Position numbers and translations under genes: made by a program. A stretch of DNA of 44,826 nt from a virus (Duplodnaviria; Heunggongvirae; Uroviricota; Caudoviricetes): IMG/VR virus record IMGVR_UViG_2585427971_000012, one strand, 5' to 3'. Shown here one piece after another: positions 8,611 to 22,471 of the stretch; positions within the stretch are counted from its first letter, which is position 1; every line of letters begins with the position of its first letter. The notes under the pieces were generated by a model. That model was not told where the DNA came from, did not search any database, and saw only the letters and a program-made list of their open reading frames with translations.

Positions 8611-11168
8611 CGTCCACCTCCGGAGAACAGGCCACCATCACGCATCTGTGTCTGAATTTCATCACGGGCACCCTTGCGGGCCATGTCATACACCGCCTTC
8701 AGAGCAGCCGGACCTATCTGCCCGTTCGTGCCGTCGTTGTTAATCACCACATGGTTATTCTGCTCAAACGTCCCGGACGCCTGCGACCGGCTGTCTGCCA
8801 TGCTGCCCGGTGTACCGACATAACCGCCGGTGGCATAGCCGCGCATCAGCCGGTAAAGATTCCCCACGCCAATCCGGCTGGTTGCCTCCTTCGTGAAGAC
8901 AAACTCACCACGGTGAACAATCCCCGCTGGCTCATATTTGCCGCCGGTTCCCGTAAATCCTCCGGTTGCAAAATGGAATTTCGCCGCAGCGGCCTGAATG
9001 GCTGTACCGCCTGACGCGGATGCGCCGCCACCAACAGCCCCGCCAATGGCGCTGCCGATACTCCCGACAATCCCCACCATTGCCTGCTTAAGCAGAATTT
9101 CTGTCATCATGGACAGCACGGAACGGGTGAAGCTGCGCCAGTTCTGCTCACTGCCGGTCAGCATCGCCGCCATATTCTGTGCAATACCATCAAAGGTCTG
9201 CGTGGCTGCACTTTTTACCTGCGACATACTGTCCGTGGCGCTCTCTTCCCACTCACTCCAGCCGGACTTCAGGCCTGCCATCCAGTTCCCGCGAAGCTGG
9301 TCTTCAGCCGCCCAGGTCTTTTTCTGCTCTGACATGACGTTATTCAGCGCCAGCGGATTATCGCCATACTGTTCCTTCAGGCGCTGTTCCGTGGCTTCCC
9401 GTTCTGCCTGCCGGTCAGTCAGCCCCCGGCTTTTCGCATCAATGGCGGCCCGTTTTGCCCGTTGCTGCTGTGCGAATTTATCCGCCTGCTGCGCCAGCGC
9501 GTTCAGGCGCTCCTGATACGTAACCTTGTCGCCAAGTGCAGCCAGCTGGCGTTTGTACTCCAGCGTCTCATCTTTATGCGCCAGCAGGGATTTCTCCTGT
9601 ACAGACAGCTGGCGACGTTGCGCCGCCTCCTCCAGTACCGCGAACTGACTCTCCGCCTTCCACAAATCCCGGCGCTGCTGGCTGATTTTCTCATTTGCTC
9701 CGGCATGCTTCTCCAGCGTCCGGAGTTCAGCCTGAAGCGTCAGCAGGGCAGCATGAGCACTGTCTTCCTGACGATCGCCCGCAGACACCTTCACGCCGGA
9801 CTGCTTCGGCTTTTTCAGTGTCGTTTCATAGTCCTTTTTCGCTGCCGCCATCAGCGTGTTGTAATCTGCCTGCAGGATTTTTCCGTCTTTCAGGGCCTTA
9901 TTCAGTTCTTCCTGACGGGCGGCATATTTCTCCAGCGGCGTCTGCAGCCGTTCGTAAGCCTTCTGCGCCTCTTCGGTATATTTCAGCCGTGACGCTTCGG
10001 TATCGCTCTGCTGCTGCGCATTTTTGTCCTGTTGACTCTGCTGTTCAGCCTTCTTTCGGGCGGCTTCAAGCGCAAGACGGGCCTTTTCACGATCATCCCA
10101 GTAACGCGCCCGCGCTTCATCGTTAACAAAATAATCATCCTTGCGCAGATTCCAGATGTCGTCTGCTTTCTTAAACGCAGCCTCTGCCTTAATCAGCATC
10201 TCCTGCGCGGTATCAGGACGACCAATATCCAGCACCGCATCCCACATGGATTTGAATGCCCGCGCAGTCCTGTCTGCCCAGGTCTCCAGCGTGCCCATGT
10301 TCTCTTTCAGGCGGCGGGTCTGGTCATCAAACCCTTTCGTTGCGGCCTCGTTCGCCGCCTGCAATGCCCCGGCTTCATCGCCGGAACGCTGCAACTGAGC
10401 AACATACGCAATCTGCTCCGCCGTCACGTTATGGAACTGGCGTGCCATCGCCGTCAGCCCCGACGTCGGGTCTGTGGTCAGCTTCCCGAAGGCTTCAGCG
10501 ACCTTGTCCACCTCCACGCCGGATGCAGAGGAGAAACGCGCCACACTCTGGCTGATGGACGCAATCTGAGCCTCACCGCTTACCCCCGCCTTAACCAGTG
10601 CGCTGAGTGACTCGCTGGTCTGGTTAAACGTCAGCCCTGCCGCCTGCCCGGCTCTGGACAGGACCAGCATACGATCTGCCGTCAGACCCGCCTGATTGCC
10701 GGAAAGGACCAGCGTTTTGTTGAAATCGGACAGGGTTGAGTTGCCCTGATACCAGGCATACGCCAGCGCACCGGTCGCCACCGCCAGCGAGGTGGCCCCC
10801 ACCATCGGCAGGGTGATCGCACCGGCAAGCCCCCTGAACATGGGGATCATCCCGCCGAAGGAGTCCTTCACCTGCCCCCCCTGTTGCAGCAGGATCAGCC
10901 ACGGACTTTGCCCGCCTGCAAGCTGCGTGGCCACGTCGGTGAACTGTGCAGGCAGCATACGCATGGCGGCTTTATACTGCCCGACGGAAATCCCCGCTTT
11001 CTGTGCAGCCAGCGCCTGTCGGCTCAGCGACTGTTCAACGACTGCCGCTGTTTTTTTCGCATCACTTTCCGTACCGGAAAAATGACGCCTGACTCTGGCC
11101 ATCTGCTCGTCAAATCTGGCCGCATCCAGACTCAAATCAACGACCAGATCGCCTACCGGTTCAGCCAT
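8607..11168 (-). CDS. H: Tail tape measure protein H (853 aa)
   Basis: Length equals lambda gpH (853 aa); Ala/Gln-rich coiled-coil middle and Gly-rich C-terminus; position between G-T and M. Confidence 0.95.
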   Translation of the reverse strand: MAEPVGDLVVDLSLDAARFDEQMARVRRHFSGTESDAKKTAAVVEQSLSRQALAAQKAGISVGQYKAAMRMLPAQFTDVATQLAGGQSPWLILLQQGGQVKDSFGGMIPMFRGLAGAITLPMVGATSLAVATGALAYAWYQGNSTLSDFNKTLVLSGNQAGLTADRMLVLSRAGQAAGLTFNQTSESLSALVKAGVSGEAQIASISQSVARFSSASGVEVDKVAEAFGKLTTDPTSGLTAMARQFHNVTAEQIAYVAQLQRSGDEAGALQAANEAATKGFDDQTRRLKENMGTLETWADRTARAFKSMWDAVLDIGRPDTAQEMLIKAEAAFKKADDIWNLRKDDYFVNDEARARYWDDREKARLALEAARKKAEQQSQQDKNAQQQSDTEASRLKYTEEAQKAYERLQTPLEKYAARQEELNKALKDGKILQADYNTLMAAAKKDYETTLKKPKQSGVKVSAGDRQEDSAHAALLTLQAELRTLEKHAGANEKISQQRRDLWKAESQFAVLEEAAQRRQLSVQEKSLLAHKDETLEYKRQLAALGDKVTYQERLNALAQQADKFAQQQRAKRAAIDAKSRGLTDRQAEREATEQRLKEQYGDNPLALNNVMSEQKKTWAAEDQLRGNWMAGLKSGWSEWEESATDSMSQVKSAATQTFDGIAQNMAAMLTGSEQNWRSFTRSVLSMMTEILLKQAMVGIVGSIGSAIGGAVGGGASASGGTAIQAAAAKFHFATGGFTGTGGKYEPAGIVHRGEFVFTKEATSRIGVGNLYRLMRGYATGGYVGTPGSMADSRSQASGTFEQNNHVVINNDGTNGQIGPAALKAVYDMARKGARDEIQTQMRDGGLFSGGGR

Positions 11169-11595
11169 ACCGGACTCCTCCTGCGATCCCTTCTGATACT
11201 GTCATCAGCATTACGTCATCCTCCGTCATGTCCGCCACATCCGGGGAAGCGGGGATAACTTCATTCCCGTCCGGGCCAAAGCGGACACCTCCGGCAAGCC
11301 CTGCCGCTTTCTGCATCAGCACATCATCTTCAGGCTCTTCGTCAGCCTCGCGCCGGTTCAGCAGACTGAAATCCAGCGGATGCATATCCGGATCGCTGAA
11401 AAACAGGCTGAGCACGGTGTACGTCAGCCCGGAAAAGTGCATATCCAGCAGAACATCATGAAAATAATGGGTACTGTAAAAGCGGTGCCAGTCGGCATAC
11501 TCCGTGGATGACATCCCGGCAAGCATGGCACGCCAGTCGGGTCGCCCCATCTCACGCGCCAGTTTCAGGGCAAAACTCAGCTCACCGTCGAACAC
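11161..11595 (-). CDS. T: T segment of the G-T tail assembly chaperone (made by -1 frameshift from G)
   Basis: ORF in the -1 frame relative to G, beginning at the slippery site; translation FDGELSFALKLAREMGRPDWRAMLAG... is lambda gpT-like. Confidence 0.8.
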   Translation of the reverse strand: MFDGELSFALKLAREMGRPDWRAMLAGMSSTEYADWHRFYSTHYFHDVLLDMHFSGLTYTVLSLFFSDPDMHPLDFSLLNRREADEEPEDDVLMQKAAGLAGGVRFGPDGNEVIPASPDVADMTEDDVMLMTVSEGIAGGVRYG

Positions 11596-11999
11596 TTTCC
11601 CGCAGAAACAGGCTCTGCAGGCCCGGCGTCCTCTGCCTGTTCGGGGGCATTATTCACCACAAACTCATACATACCGGACAGCCGGTACACCACGTTTTCA
11701 GCATGAGAAATTGCCTCTGTGGGCCAGGTGGTAAGCACTTCCTGCTCAATCTGTTTAACGGCTTCATTCATGGACGGCATCTGCGTCTTCTTCGGATGGT
11801 TATGCCACAGGGACATCGCCACCAGAAACGCGCCGGTTCTGATGACGTCTTCCACAGTAACCTGCCGGTTGCTGTCGGATCCCGCCGGTTCTGCCTGCCG
11901 TTTCATCAGGGCAAGATGCTCAATACGCTGCAGGGCTGACAGTTCAGAAAGCGTGACGGTCACGCCGTTATATTCAAATGATTCGGTTTTCAGGAACAT
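11577..11999 (-). CDS. G: Tail assembly chaperone G (140 aa)
   Basis: MFLKTESFEYNGVTVTLSELSALQRIEHLALMKRQ... ends ...PVSAGKCSTVS, matching lambda gpG as recalled. Confidence 0.9.
   Translation of the reverse strand: MFLKTESFEYNGVTVTLSELSALQRIEHLALMKRQAEPAGSDSNRQVTVEDVIRTGAFLVAMSLWHNHPKKTQMPSMNEAVKQIEQEVLTTWPTEAISHAENVVYRLSGMYEFVVNNAPEQAEDAGPAEPVSAGKCSTVS
11595..11601 (-). other. Programmed -1 ribosomal frameshift heptamer GGGAAAG (G to G-T)
   Basis: Minus-strand sequence ...CTGCGGGAAAGTGTTCGACGG...: G GGA AAG lies at the G/T frame junction, 5 codons before the G stop, as in lambda. Confidence 0.8.
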
Positions 12000-12014
12000 C
12001 GCTGACTCTCCGGA

Positions 12015-12755
12015 TTAACTGGCGGTGACGGTGATTTCTGCAACCGCAGCAAACTCACCATTACCGGATACAACCGGAATGTTGACCTTGCCTGCAGCAA
12101 CGCCGTTCACGGTGATGGTCATACCGCTGACCGACACGGTGGCTTTTGTTTTATCCGCAGACACCGCACGGAAGCTCTTGTCGGTTGCGCCCTCCGGCTG
12201 GAATGCCACGGTCAGCGTAGTGCTCTGCCCTTTCACTACGGAAGCACTGGCGGGTGTCACCGTCATGCCGGTTGTCGCCGTCACCGTGCTGCGATCTTCT
12301 GCCATCGACGGACGTCCCACGTTGGTGACTTTCACCGTGCGGGTGATCACTTCCTTCGCCGTCACCGCCTTACCGATACTGCTGACCCAGCCGCGGAACA
12401 CATCGACCGTGCCGTTCGGGAAGCGGATTTTATAGGCACGGGTATCCCCTTCATTAAACCACGCCAGCAGCGCCTGCTGCCCCTGCTCTCCGGGCATCCA
12501 CGCCAGCGTGAAGCTGGTATCTCCGGCAGATTTCTGCCCCTGCCCGGTCGCAGTCCAGTCCGCATCTTCATCATCGAGATAGCTGTCGTCATAGGACTCA
12601 GCGCTCAGTTCGCCGGGCGTCAGGTCTTTAACTTTAGCCAGACGCGACCAGTCAACGTCTGAAAGCGGGTTCGCATAAGGGTCACCGTTCCCCTTATAAA
12701 CCCACAGGGTGGTCCCGGCCCCTTTCACCGGCATTACTGGATTTGGTACAGGCAT
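12015..12755 (-). CDS. V: Major tail protein V (246 aa)
   Basis: From the ATG at 12755: [22 protein letters not shown]... matches lambda gpV; C-terminal Ig-like domain present. Track ORF starts 10 codons upstream. Confidence 0.95.
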   Translation of the reverse strand: MPVPNPVMPVKGAGTTLWVYKGNGDPYANPLSDVDWSRLAKVKDLTPGELSAESYDDSYLDDEDADWTATGQGQKSAGDTSFTLAWMPGEQGQQALLAWFNEGDTRAYKIRFPNGTVDVFRGWVSSIGKAVTAKEVITRTVKVTNVGRPSMAEDRSTVTATTGMTVTPASASVVKGQSTTLTVAFQPEGATDKSFRAVSADKTKATVSVSGMTITVNGVAAGKVNIPVVSGNGEFAAVAEITVTAS

Positions 12756-12762
12756 ATCGTCC

Positions 12763-13158
12763 TCACATTTCATAGGTAATGACATAAGTCAGATCGGCTG
12801 AACTCCACAGGCCCGCATCATCGTCGCGCCGGTAGTCATAGCCACTGGCCACCATACTGGTGATCAAATCTGACAGTGCCGGGACATCGCTCATCACCGG
12901 ATAAATCCGGGACTCCATCCACGAATCCAGCTCTGAATCCGGCACCTGAGCAGGCAGGAAAACTTCAATATGCAGCTCCGCCTGCCAGGTATCGCTGTCC
13001 AGCTCTTCGCCCGTGTATTCAGCGCCGGTGAGATAAACGGCAACTGCCGGAAAATCCTCCTCATCAAAAACAGCGGGGCGACCATCAAAAAGCGTCGCCC
13101 CGGTGTCATGTTTTTCCAGTGCATCCAGTACGGCTGCACGGAGTTCTGTATGTTTCAT
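12763..13158 (-). CDS. U: Tail terminator protein U (131 aa)
   Basis: [52 protein letters not shown]... matches lambda gpU as recalled. Confidence 0.9.
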   Translation of the reverse strand: MKHTELRAAVLDALEKHDTGATLFDGRPAVFDEEDFPAVAVYLTGAEYTGEELDSDTWQAELHIEVFLPAQVPDSELDSWMESRIYPVMSDVPALSDLITSMVASGYDYRRDDDAGLWSSADLTYVITYEM

Positions 13159-13733
13159 CGCTTTATTACCATCCTCAGTTGATGCTGCAGCGCATAGCCC
13201 AGCTCTTTCGGAAGACGTTCACGCCGTATCCGCTCAATATTCTGTTTAAACGCCGTGGTCAGCGGCACTGCCATCGGGATTTTCACCACATCAATGGGGT
13301 AACGGTTTTTCCCGGCCACACGCTGCATGACATGCCATCGGCCATTTTTCAGTTGCTGAATAAACGCGCCGGGAATACGACGGTTTCCCACCACAAGCAC
13401 GCTGTCGCCACCTTTCAGGGATGAACGCTGCCCCTTTTTACGACGCCTGCGTCGGGACAGGACAACCCGCGCGTTACCCAGCCTGATTACGGGCAAATCC
13501 CCCCGGTTAACCTTGATTCTGGCCTGCGGATTTTTGACCGTGGCCCTTTTCAGCCTGGCCCTTTCCTTTACCAGTTTCCGGCGTACCTTTGTCTCACGGG
13601 CAACCTGTGACGCCGACTGCGATATCGCGGATGAAGCAACGCGGTTAATGGCCATTGCGGCGGCACCGGGCACCGCCGTTCTGCTGATACGGCTGAGGTT
13701 TTCAACGGCCTGCTCAAGACCTTTTATGGCCAT
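13155..13733 (-). CDS. Z: Tail completion protein Z (192 aa)
   Basis: MAIKGLEQAVENLSRISRTAVPGAAAMAINRVASSAIS... matches lambda gpZ; 4-nt overlap with U. Confidence 0.9.
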   Translation of the reverse strand: MAIKGLEQAVENLSRISRTAVPGAAAMAINRVASSAISQSASQVARETKVRRKLVKERARLKRATVKNPQARIKVNRGDLPVIRLGNARVVLSRRRRRKKGQRSSLKGGDSVLVVGNRRIPGAFIQQLKNGRWHVMQRVAGKNRYPIDVVKIPMAVPLTTAFKQNIERIRRERLPKELGYALQHQLRMVIKR

Positions 13734-13744
13734 ACATCCCCCCT

Positions 13745-14098
13745 TCAGCGACGACGGTTAACGGCAGGCGGCACGCCACGCCCAAGCCAGAGATGACAGC
13801 TTCCGCCATCATCCGTCGAAATCCGGTCTATCCAGAAGTTTTCCTCACCGATGGTCAGCGTGTCGCCGCGCCGCAGCTGCCGCACATCATCAGTCCGGAC
13901 AAACAGGGACGGGCTGGAGCCTTCAACGCGCACGCCCTGTCCGGCATAGCTGATATTTTCAGGGTCATCAAAAACACCACGTATTACTGCGCCGGACTGC
14001 TCACCGGATGTCATGGTGGCTGACGTTCCCATGTACCCGCGTATCGTTTCATCGGCGCGGACAATGGCAGCATCGAACAGGTTATCGAAATCAGCCAC
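13745..14098 (-). CDS. FII: Head-tail joining protein FII (117 aa)
   Basis: MADFDNLFDAAIVRADETIRGYMGTSATMTSGEQSGAVIRGVFDDPENIS... matches lambda gpFII. Confidence 0.9.
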   Translation of the reverse strand: MADFDNLFDAAIVRADETIRGYMGTSATMTSGEQSGAVIRGVFDDPENISYAGQGVRVEGSSPSLFVRTDDVRQLRRGDTLTIGEENFWIDRISTDDGGSCHLWLGRGVPPAVNRRR

Positions 14099-14109
14099 AG
14101 CGCCTCCCG

Positions 14110-14508
14110 TTATTGCATTCTGGCCAGGCCACGTTCTGTCATTTCGGCTGCCACACCGGCAGAGACACGGAACGCCGTTCCCGGAAGCACAAATGCCACA
14201 GGTTCATCCCGCGTGGCGTGAAGTGCATCAGTATGCAGCGTCACCAGTGCCACGACCGTGACCAGTTCAGACGTATCCAGAATCACGGTATCCGGCTGCG
14301 CTGATCCCACCTCATTTTCATGTCCGGTCAGCACATTTTCCCGGCTGAGAGGGGTGTCCTGACCGGCAGTTTCATCCGTGTCATCAAGCTCCTCTTCCAG
14401 CTCTGCCACACGGAGCGCCAGTTCTTCTTTCGTCCCCGTCAGGCTGACATCACGGTTCAGTTGTTCACCCAGCGAGCGGAGACGGGCAATCAGTTCATCT
14501 TTCGTCAT
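14110..14508 (-). CDS. FI: DNA packaging protein FI
   Basis: From the ATG at 14508: MTKDELIARLRSLGEQLNRDVSLTGTKEELALRVAELEEELDD... matches lambda gpFI; strong GGAGGAG Shine-Dalgarno just upstream. Confidence 0.9.
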   Translation of the reverse strand: MTKDELIARLRSLGEQLNRDVSLTGTKEELALRVAELEEELDDTDETAGQDTPLSRENVLTGHENEVGSAQPDTVILDTSELVTVVALVTLHTDALHATRDEPVAFVLPGTAFRVSAGVAAEMTERGLARMQ

Positions 14509-14549
14509 GGACTCCTCCACAGAGAAACAATGGCCCCGAAGGGCCATGA

Positions 14550-15575
14550 TTACGCCAGTTGTACGGACACGAACTCATCAGGGTCAGCCAGCAGCATCAG
14601 CGGTGCTGACTGAATCATGGTGAACTCACGCGCCGGATCGCCGGTGGTCACCCAGTTTTTCGGGTAACGGGCAGAGGCGTTAATGCCTTCGAGCTGTGCG
14701 TCCGCATCCTGAATGCAGCCATAGGTGCGCAGACCGCGTGCCTGAGTGTTCCCCAGCACCATCGTGTTGTCCGGCAGGAAGTTCTTTTTGACGCCGTTTT
14801 CCACGTACTGTCCGGAATACACGACGATGGCCACATCGCCATACATCCCCTTATAGGACACCGCTTTACCCAGGTCTTTCACCGCTGTCTCCAGCTCGGA
14901 ATTAGAACCACGACGGGTATCCAGCTTCTCCTTGACGGCTTTGAAGGAACGGAACAGCGCCCAGCCTTTCGGATCGAACACGATGATATTCACCACACCG
15001 CTGGCGTTCAGCGCGTAGGCTTCGATATCGTCGGTCGGGTCATACGTGGACTTGTCACGCTTGCTCCACTCCGTGCCGCCGGACTGCGTGATGTTATTCT
15101 CCTCACTGCGGCCCATATCCACCTCAACCGGATCGAAGGCTTCACCGGTCATGGTGTATTTGCCCTTAAGCACGGCAGAAACTGCCTGCATCTCTTCGAC
15201 CTGAGCAATGGCCAGCTCTTCGTCACGCATGTTCTGCATGATGATGCGACGGCGGCGGTAAGCCGGGTCCACCAGATTCTGCGGATCTTCATCCGGCAGG
15301 CGACGCAGGGTCATCTGCGGATTCACTTCATGCTTCGGCTTGACATATCCCGGCGTAAATTCAGAGGTGGAGCCGCCACGGGAACGGATAACCTCACCGG
15401 AAACAATCGGCGAAACGTACAGCGCCATGTTTACCAGTCCCGGAATTTGTGAGAGATAGACTTTCTCCGTGGTGAAGGGATAGCTCTCACGGAAAAAGAG
15501 ACGCAGAAACAGCGGATCAAACTTAAATTTCTGCTCATTTGCCGCCAGCAGCTGGGCGGTTGTGTACATCGACAT
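14550..15575 (-). CDS. E: Major capsid protein E (341 aa)
   Basis: From the ATG at 15575: MSMYTTAQLLAANEQKFKFDPLFLRLFFRESYPFTTEKVYLSQIPGLVNMALYVSP... matches lambda gpE. Track ORF extends 9 codons upstream. Confidence 0.95.
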   Translation of the reverse strand: MSMYTTAQLLAANEQKFKFDPLFLRLFFRESYPFTTEKVYLSQIPGLVNMALYVSPIVSGEVIRSRGGSTSEFTPGYVKPKHEVNPQMTLRRLPDEDPQNLVDPAYRRRRIIMQNMRDEELAIAQVEEMQAVSAVLKGKYTMTGEAFDPVEVDMGRSEENNITQSGGTEWSKRDKSTYDPTDDIEAYALNASGVVNIIVFDPKGWALFRSFKAVKEKLDTRRGSNSELETAVKDLGKAVSYKGMYGDVAIVVYSGQYVENGVKKNFLPDNTMVLGNTQARGLRTYGCIQDADAQLEGINASARYPKNWVTTGDPAREFTMIQSAPLMLLADPDEFVSVQLA

Positions 15576-15630
15576 AAAAAAATCCCGTAAAAAAAGCCGC
15601 ACAGGCGGCCTTTAGTGATGAAGGGTAAAG

Positions 15631-15963
15631 TTAAACGATGCTGATTGCCGTTCCGGCAAACGCGGTCCGTTTTTTCGTCTCGTCGCTGGCAGCCTCCGGC
15701 CAGAGCACATCCTCATAACGGAACGTGCCGGACTTGTAGAACGTCAGCGTGGTGCTGGTCTGGTCAGCAGCAACCGCAAGAATGCCAACGGCAGCACCGT
15801 CGGTGGTGCCATCCCACGCAACCAGCTTACGGCTGGAGGTGTCCAGCATCAGCGGGGTCATTGCAGGCGCTTTCGCACTCAATCCGCCGGGCGCGGTTGC
15901 GGTATGAGCCGGGTCACTGTTGCCCAGCGGCTGGTAATGGGTAAAGGTTTCTTTGCTCGTCAT
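15631..15963 (-). CDS. D: Capsid decoration protein D (110 aa)
   Basis: [52 protein letters not shown]... matches lambda gpD; start chosen at the conserved ATG (15963). Confidence 0.9.
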   Translation of the reverse strand: MTSKETFTHYQPLGNSDPAHTATAPGGLSAKAPAMTPLMLDTSSRKLVAWDGTTDGAAVGILAVAADQTSTTLTFYKSGTFRYEDVLWPEAASDETKKRTAFAGTAISIV

Positions 15964-15972
15964 AAACATCCC

Positions 15973-16368
15973 TTACACTGGTGTGTTCAGCAAATCGTTA
16001 ACGGCATCAGATGCCAGGTTACCTGCAGCCAGCGGTGCCGGTGCCCCCTGCATCAGACGATCCAGCGCAGTGTCACTGCGCGCCTGTGCACTCTGTGGTG
16101 CAACTGCCAGAATGCGGCGGGCCGTTTCCACGGTCATACCAGGGGTTTCGGCCAGCACGCGTGCCTGTTCTTCGCGTCCGTGAGCTTCCTCACAGTTGAG
16201 GATCCCCATAATGCGACTGTTTTCTGCCGCAACCGCTGCGGTGATCTGCGCGTTCACGTCCGGCTGCGCAGCGCTGGCGTTCTCGCCCTCCGTCGCTGGC
16301 ACCACGCCAGTAACGTCAGCCTGCGAAGCAGTGGCTGAAACAGTTGTTGATTGAGTCTCTTTGGTCAT
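15973..16368 (-). CDS. Nu3: Scaffolding protein Nu3 (131 aa), nested in-frame in the 3' end of C
   Basis: Internal ATG at 16368 gives MTKETQSTTVSATASQADVT...DAVNDLLNTPV, the lambda Nu3 arrangement as recalled. Confidence 0.7.
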   Translation of the reverse strand: MTKETQSTTVSATASQADVTGVVPATEGENASAAQPDVNAQITAAVAAENSRIMGILNCEEAHGREEQARVLAETPGMTVETARRILAVAPQSAQARSDTALDRLMQGAPAPLAAGNLASDAVNDLLNTPV

Positions 16369-17272
16369 TCGCCCTCCTGAGAGACGGGATTTACGTGCAT
16401 CCAGTGCATCACGCATGACGGTGATCGCATCGGTACTGTTAACAAGTTCATCAGCCAGTCCGGCATCAATGGCCTCCTGACCGCTGTACACTGCAGCCTC
16501 GGTATCCAGCACAGCCTGCACGGACAGGCCGGTATATGCCGACACCTTCTGTGCAAACATCCGGCGGGTTGCATCCATCCGGGACTGCAGTGTTTCCCGG
16601 ACATCATCCGGTAGATGGCTGTAGGGGTTGCCATCCACCTTATGGCTGCCGCTGTAAATCAGCGTGATTTCCACGCCCTGTTTCTCCAGCGCAGCACCGT
16701 AATTACTGTGAGCCATCATGACGCCGATGGAGCCTGTCCGGGCGGTCTGCGTGACCAGACGTCGGGAGGCGGCGCTGGCAAGCAACTGACCTGCACTGCA
16801 GTTCATGTCGTTGGCCAGCGCCCATACCGGCTTTATGTCACGCACACGGGCGATGATGTCAGCGCAGTCAAATGCCCCTGCCACCATCCCGCCTGGCGTA
16901 TCCATATCGAGCAGAATGCCGTCCACCATCGGGTCGCTGGCAGCCTGTTGCAGACGGGCGATAATGCCGTTGTAACCGGTCATCCCCGAATACGGCTGCA
17001 GCGCTCGCGTCCGACTGACCAGCGTGCCGGACACCGGCAGCACGGCGATGCCGTTCATGACCTGATAACTGCGGGCCTGTCGTGGTCCGTCATCATCAAC
17101 GGATAACGCCAGCGCCGCGGGTGCCTCTCCGGCAGTCAGGCTGTCGCCGGATACCGCATCCGTCAGGCGGCTGATCCCAAGCTGGCCTGCAAGCGCACAA
17201 AAGAAAACCCGCGCATAGGCGGGTTCAAGCATCAGCGGCTCATTAAAGGCCATACTGGCAATATGCGGGAGA

Positions 17273-17292
<20 letters not shown>
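15973..17292 (-). CDS. C: Prohead protease/scaffold protein C (439 aa, GTG start)
   Basis: From the GTG at 17292: (M)TAELRNLPHIASMAFNEPLMLEPAYARVFFCALAGQLGI... matches lambda gpC; 439 codons, the same length as lambda C. Confidence 0.85.
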
Positions 17293-20973
<3,681 letters not shown>

Positions 20974-20999
<26 letters not shown>

Positions 21000-21519
21000 T
21001 CAGCAACCCCGGTATCAGTTCATCCAGCGCGGCTGCTTTGTTCATGGCTTTGATGATATCCCGTTTCAGGAAATCAACATGTCGGTTTTCCAGTTCCGGA
21101 AAACGCCGCTGCACCGACAGGGGGATCCCGTCGAGAATACTGGCAATTTCACCTGCGATCCGCGACAGCACGAAAGTACAGAATGCGGTTTCCACCACTT
21201 CAGCGGAGTCTCTGGCATTTTTCAGCTCCTGTGCGTCGGCCTGCGCACGCGTAAGTCGATGGCGTTCGTACTCAATAGTCCCTGGCTGGAGATCTGTCTC
21301 GCTGGCCTGTCGCAGTTCTTCAACCTCCCGGCGCAGCTTTTCGTTCTCAATTTCAGCATCCCTTTCGGCATACCATTTTATGACGTCGGCAGAGTCATAA
21401 AGCACCTCATTACCCTTCCCACCGCCTCGCAGAACGGGCATTCCCTGCTCCTGCCAGTTCTGAATAGTACGGATACTCGCGCCGAAAATGTCAGCCAGCT
21501 GCTTTTTGTTGACTTCCAT
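20974..21519 (-). CDS. nu1: Terminase small subunit Nu1 (181 aa)
   Basis: MEVNKKQLADIFGASIRTIQNWQEQGMPVLRGGGKGNEVLYDSADVIKWYAERDAEIENEKLRREVEEL... matches lambda Nu1; overlaps the A start as in lambda. Confidence 0.95.
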
Positions 21520-21529
21520 TGTTCATTCC

Positions 21530-21708
21530 ACGGACAAAAACAGAGAAAGGAAACGACAGAGGCCAAAAAGCCCGTTTTCAGCACCTGTCGTTTCCTTTCT
21601 TTTCAGGGAGTGTTTTAAATAAAAACATTAAGTTACGGCGAAGAAGAACGGAAACGCCTTAAACCGGAAAATTTTCATAAATAGCGAAAACCCGCGAGGT
21701 CGCCGCCC
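21530..21708. other. cos region: cosN 12-nt cohesive end at 21697..21708, cosB (Nu1/IHF sites) between cosN and nu1
   Basis: Reverse complement of 21530..21708 reads GGGCGGCGACCTCGCGGGTTTTCGCTATTTATGAAAATTTTCCGGTTTAAGGCGTTTCCGTTCTTCTTCG..., the lambda left-end sequence as recalled, directly upstream of nu1. Confidence 0.85.
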
Positions 21709-21856
21709 CGTAACCTGTTGGATCGACGGAAAGGACCCGAAAACGAGAATAATTATCACTTACAGCAAGAATCGAATCTGATCTATTATGGTGCTTGCTA
21801 TTATGTGCCGGCACAAGTGCGTCGTTTACCGTCATTTCACACAGAGGCATCATCAA

Positions 21857-22108
21857 ATGAAAATCAGAAATATTCTCGCTATCTCCCTTGCGACATCATC
21901 CTTCAGTTGCCTGGCATTTAAATCCTCGCCCAATGTGCTACCAGGACCAACGAATCAACTAACTGCGGTAGAAAGTAAAATTATCGGACATTTTTATGCC
22001 CCACACAGTACATTACCCGGAACAACCATCACAGGGACATGTGACGCCTCCCCCGTCCCGGGATGCACCTGTCCGTTTTGTACTATGCTGCGTAGCCAAA
22101 ACCGATAA
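21857..22108 (+). CDS. Small predicted secreted protein (83 aa) with Cys-rich C-terminus
   Basis: ATG at 21857 preceded by GAGG; N-terminus MKIRNILAISLATSSFSCLAF looks like a signal peptide; C-terminal CDASPVPGCTCPFC motif. No homolog recognised; could be non-coding. Confidence 0.25.
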   Translation: MKIRNILAISLATSSFSCLAFKSSPNVLPGPTNQLTAVESKIIGHFYAPHSTLPGTTITGTCDASPVPGCTCPFCTMLRSQNR

Positions 22109-22169
22109 CATCCGCATTTACCTGGTATTCCATGATGAGTTCACGCAGCGACTGATAGAGGAAGGAAAG

Positions 22170-22349
22170 ATGGTTAGTAAAAGCAAGGCGCATTGCCGCC
22201 GCATGCTGCAGGCATTGCAACAGACGAGAGCAGGTATTTTTGACCAGTTGGAAAACTGCCAGCATACTTTGCCCGAGTATATCGCCATCTCATCGGAAAC
22301 CAGTGCAACTCTTATTCATCGGGTTCCACCAGAGAAAAAGAAGAAATGA
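22170..22349 (+). CDS. Small hypothetical protein (59 aa)
   Basis: ATG at 22170 preceded by GGAAGGAAAG; MVSKSKAHCRRMLQALQQTRAGIFDQLENCQHTLPEY...; followed by a 9-bp stem hairpin at about 22357..22382. Confidence 0.2.
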   Translation: MVSKSKAHCRRMLQALQQTRAGIFDQLENCQHTLPEYIAISSETSATLIHRVPPEKKKK

Positions 22350-22471
22350 ACAGTGAGGCGTTGTGTGGCATACAACGCCTTCTTCCATCATTCCTCGTCA
22401 GCCATGACAAAAATATAACCGCTGGCTCTTTCATTTTTCTCCTGCTTCCAGCCCCTCTCTACCTGGAAGCA

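Noticed and set aside
22440-22466. Inverted repeat GCTTCCAG(n11)CTGGAAGC just beyond the TonB-like gene stop as a terminator
   Set aside because: It is not followed by a U-tract on either strand; possibly a protein-binding site but not callable from sequence.
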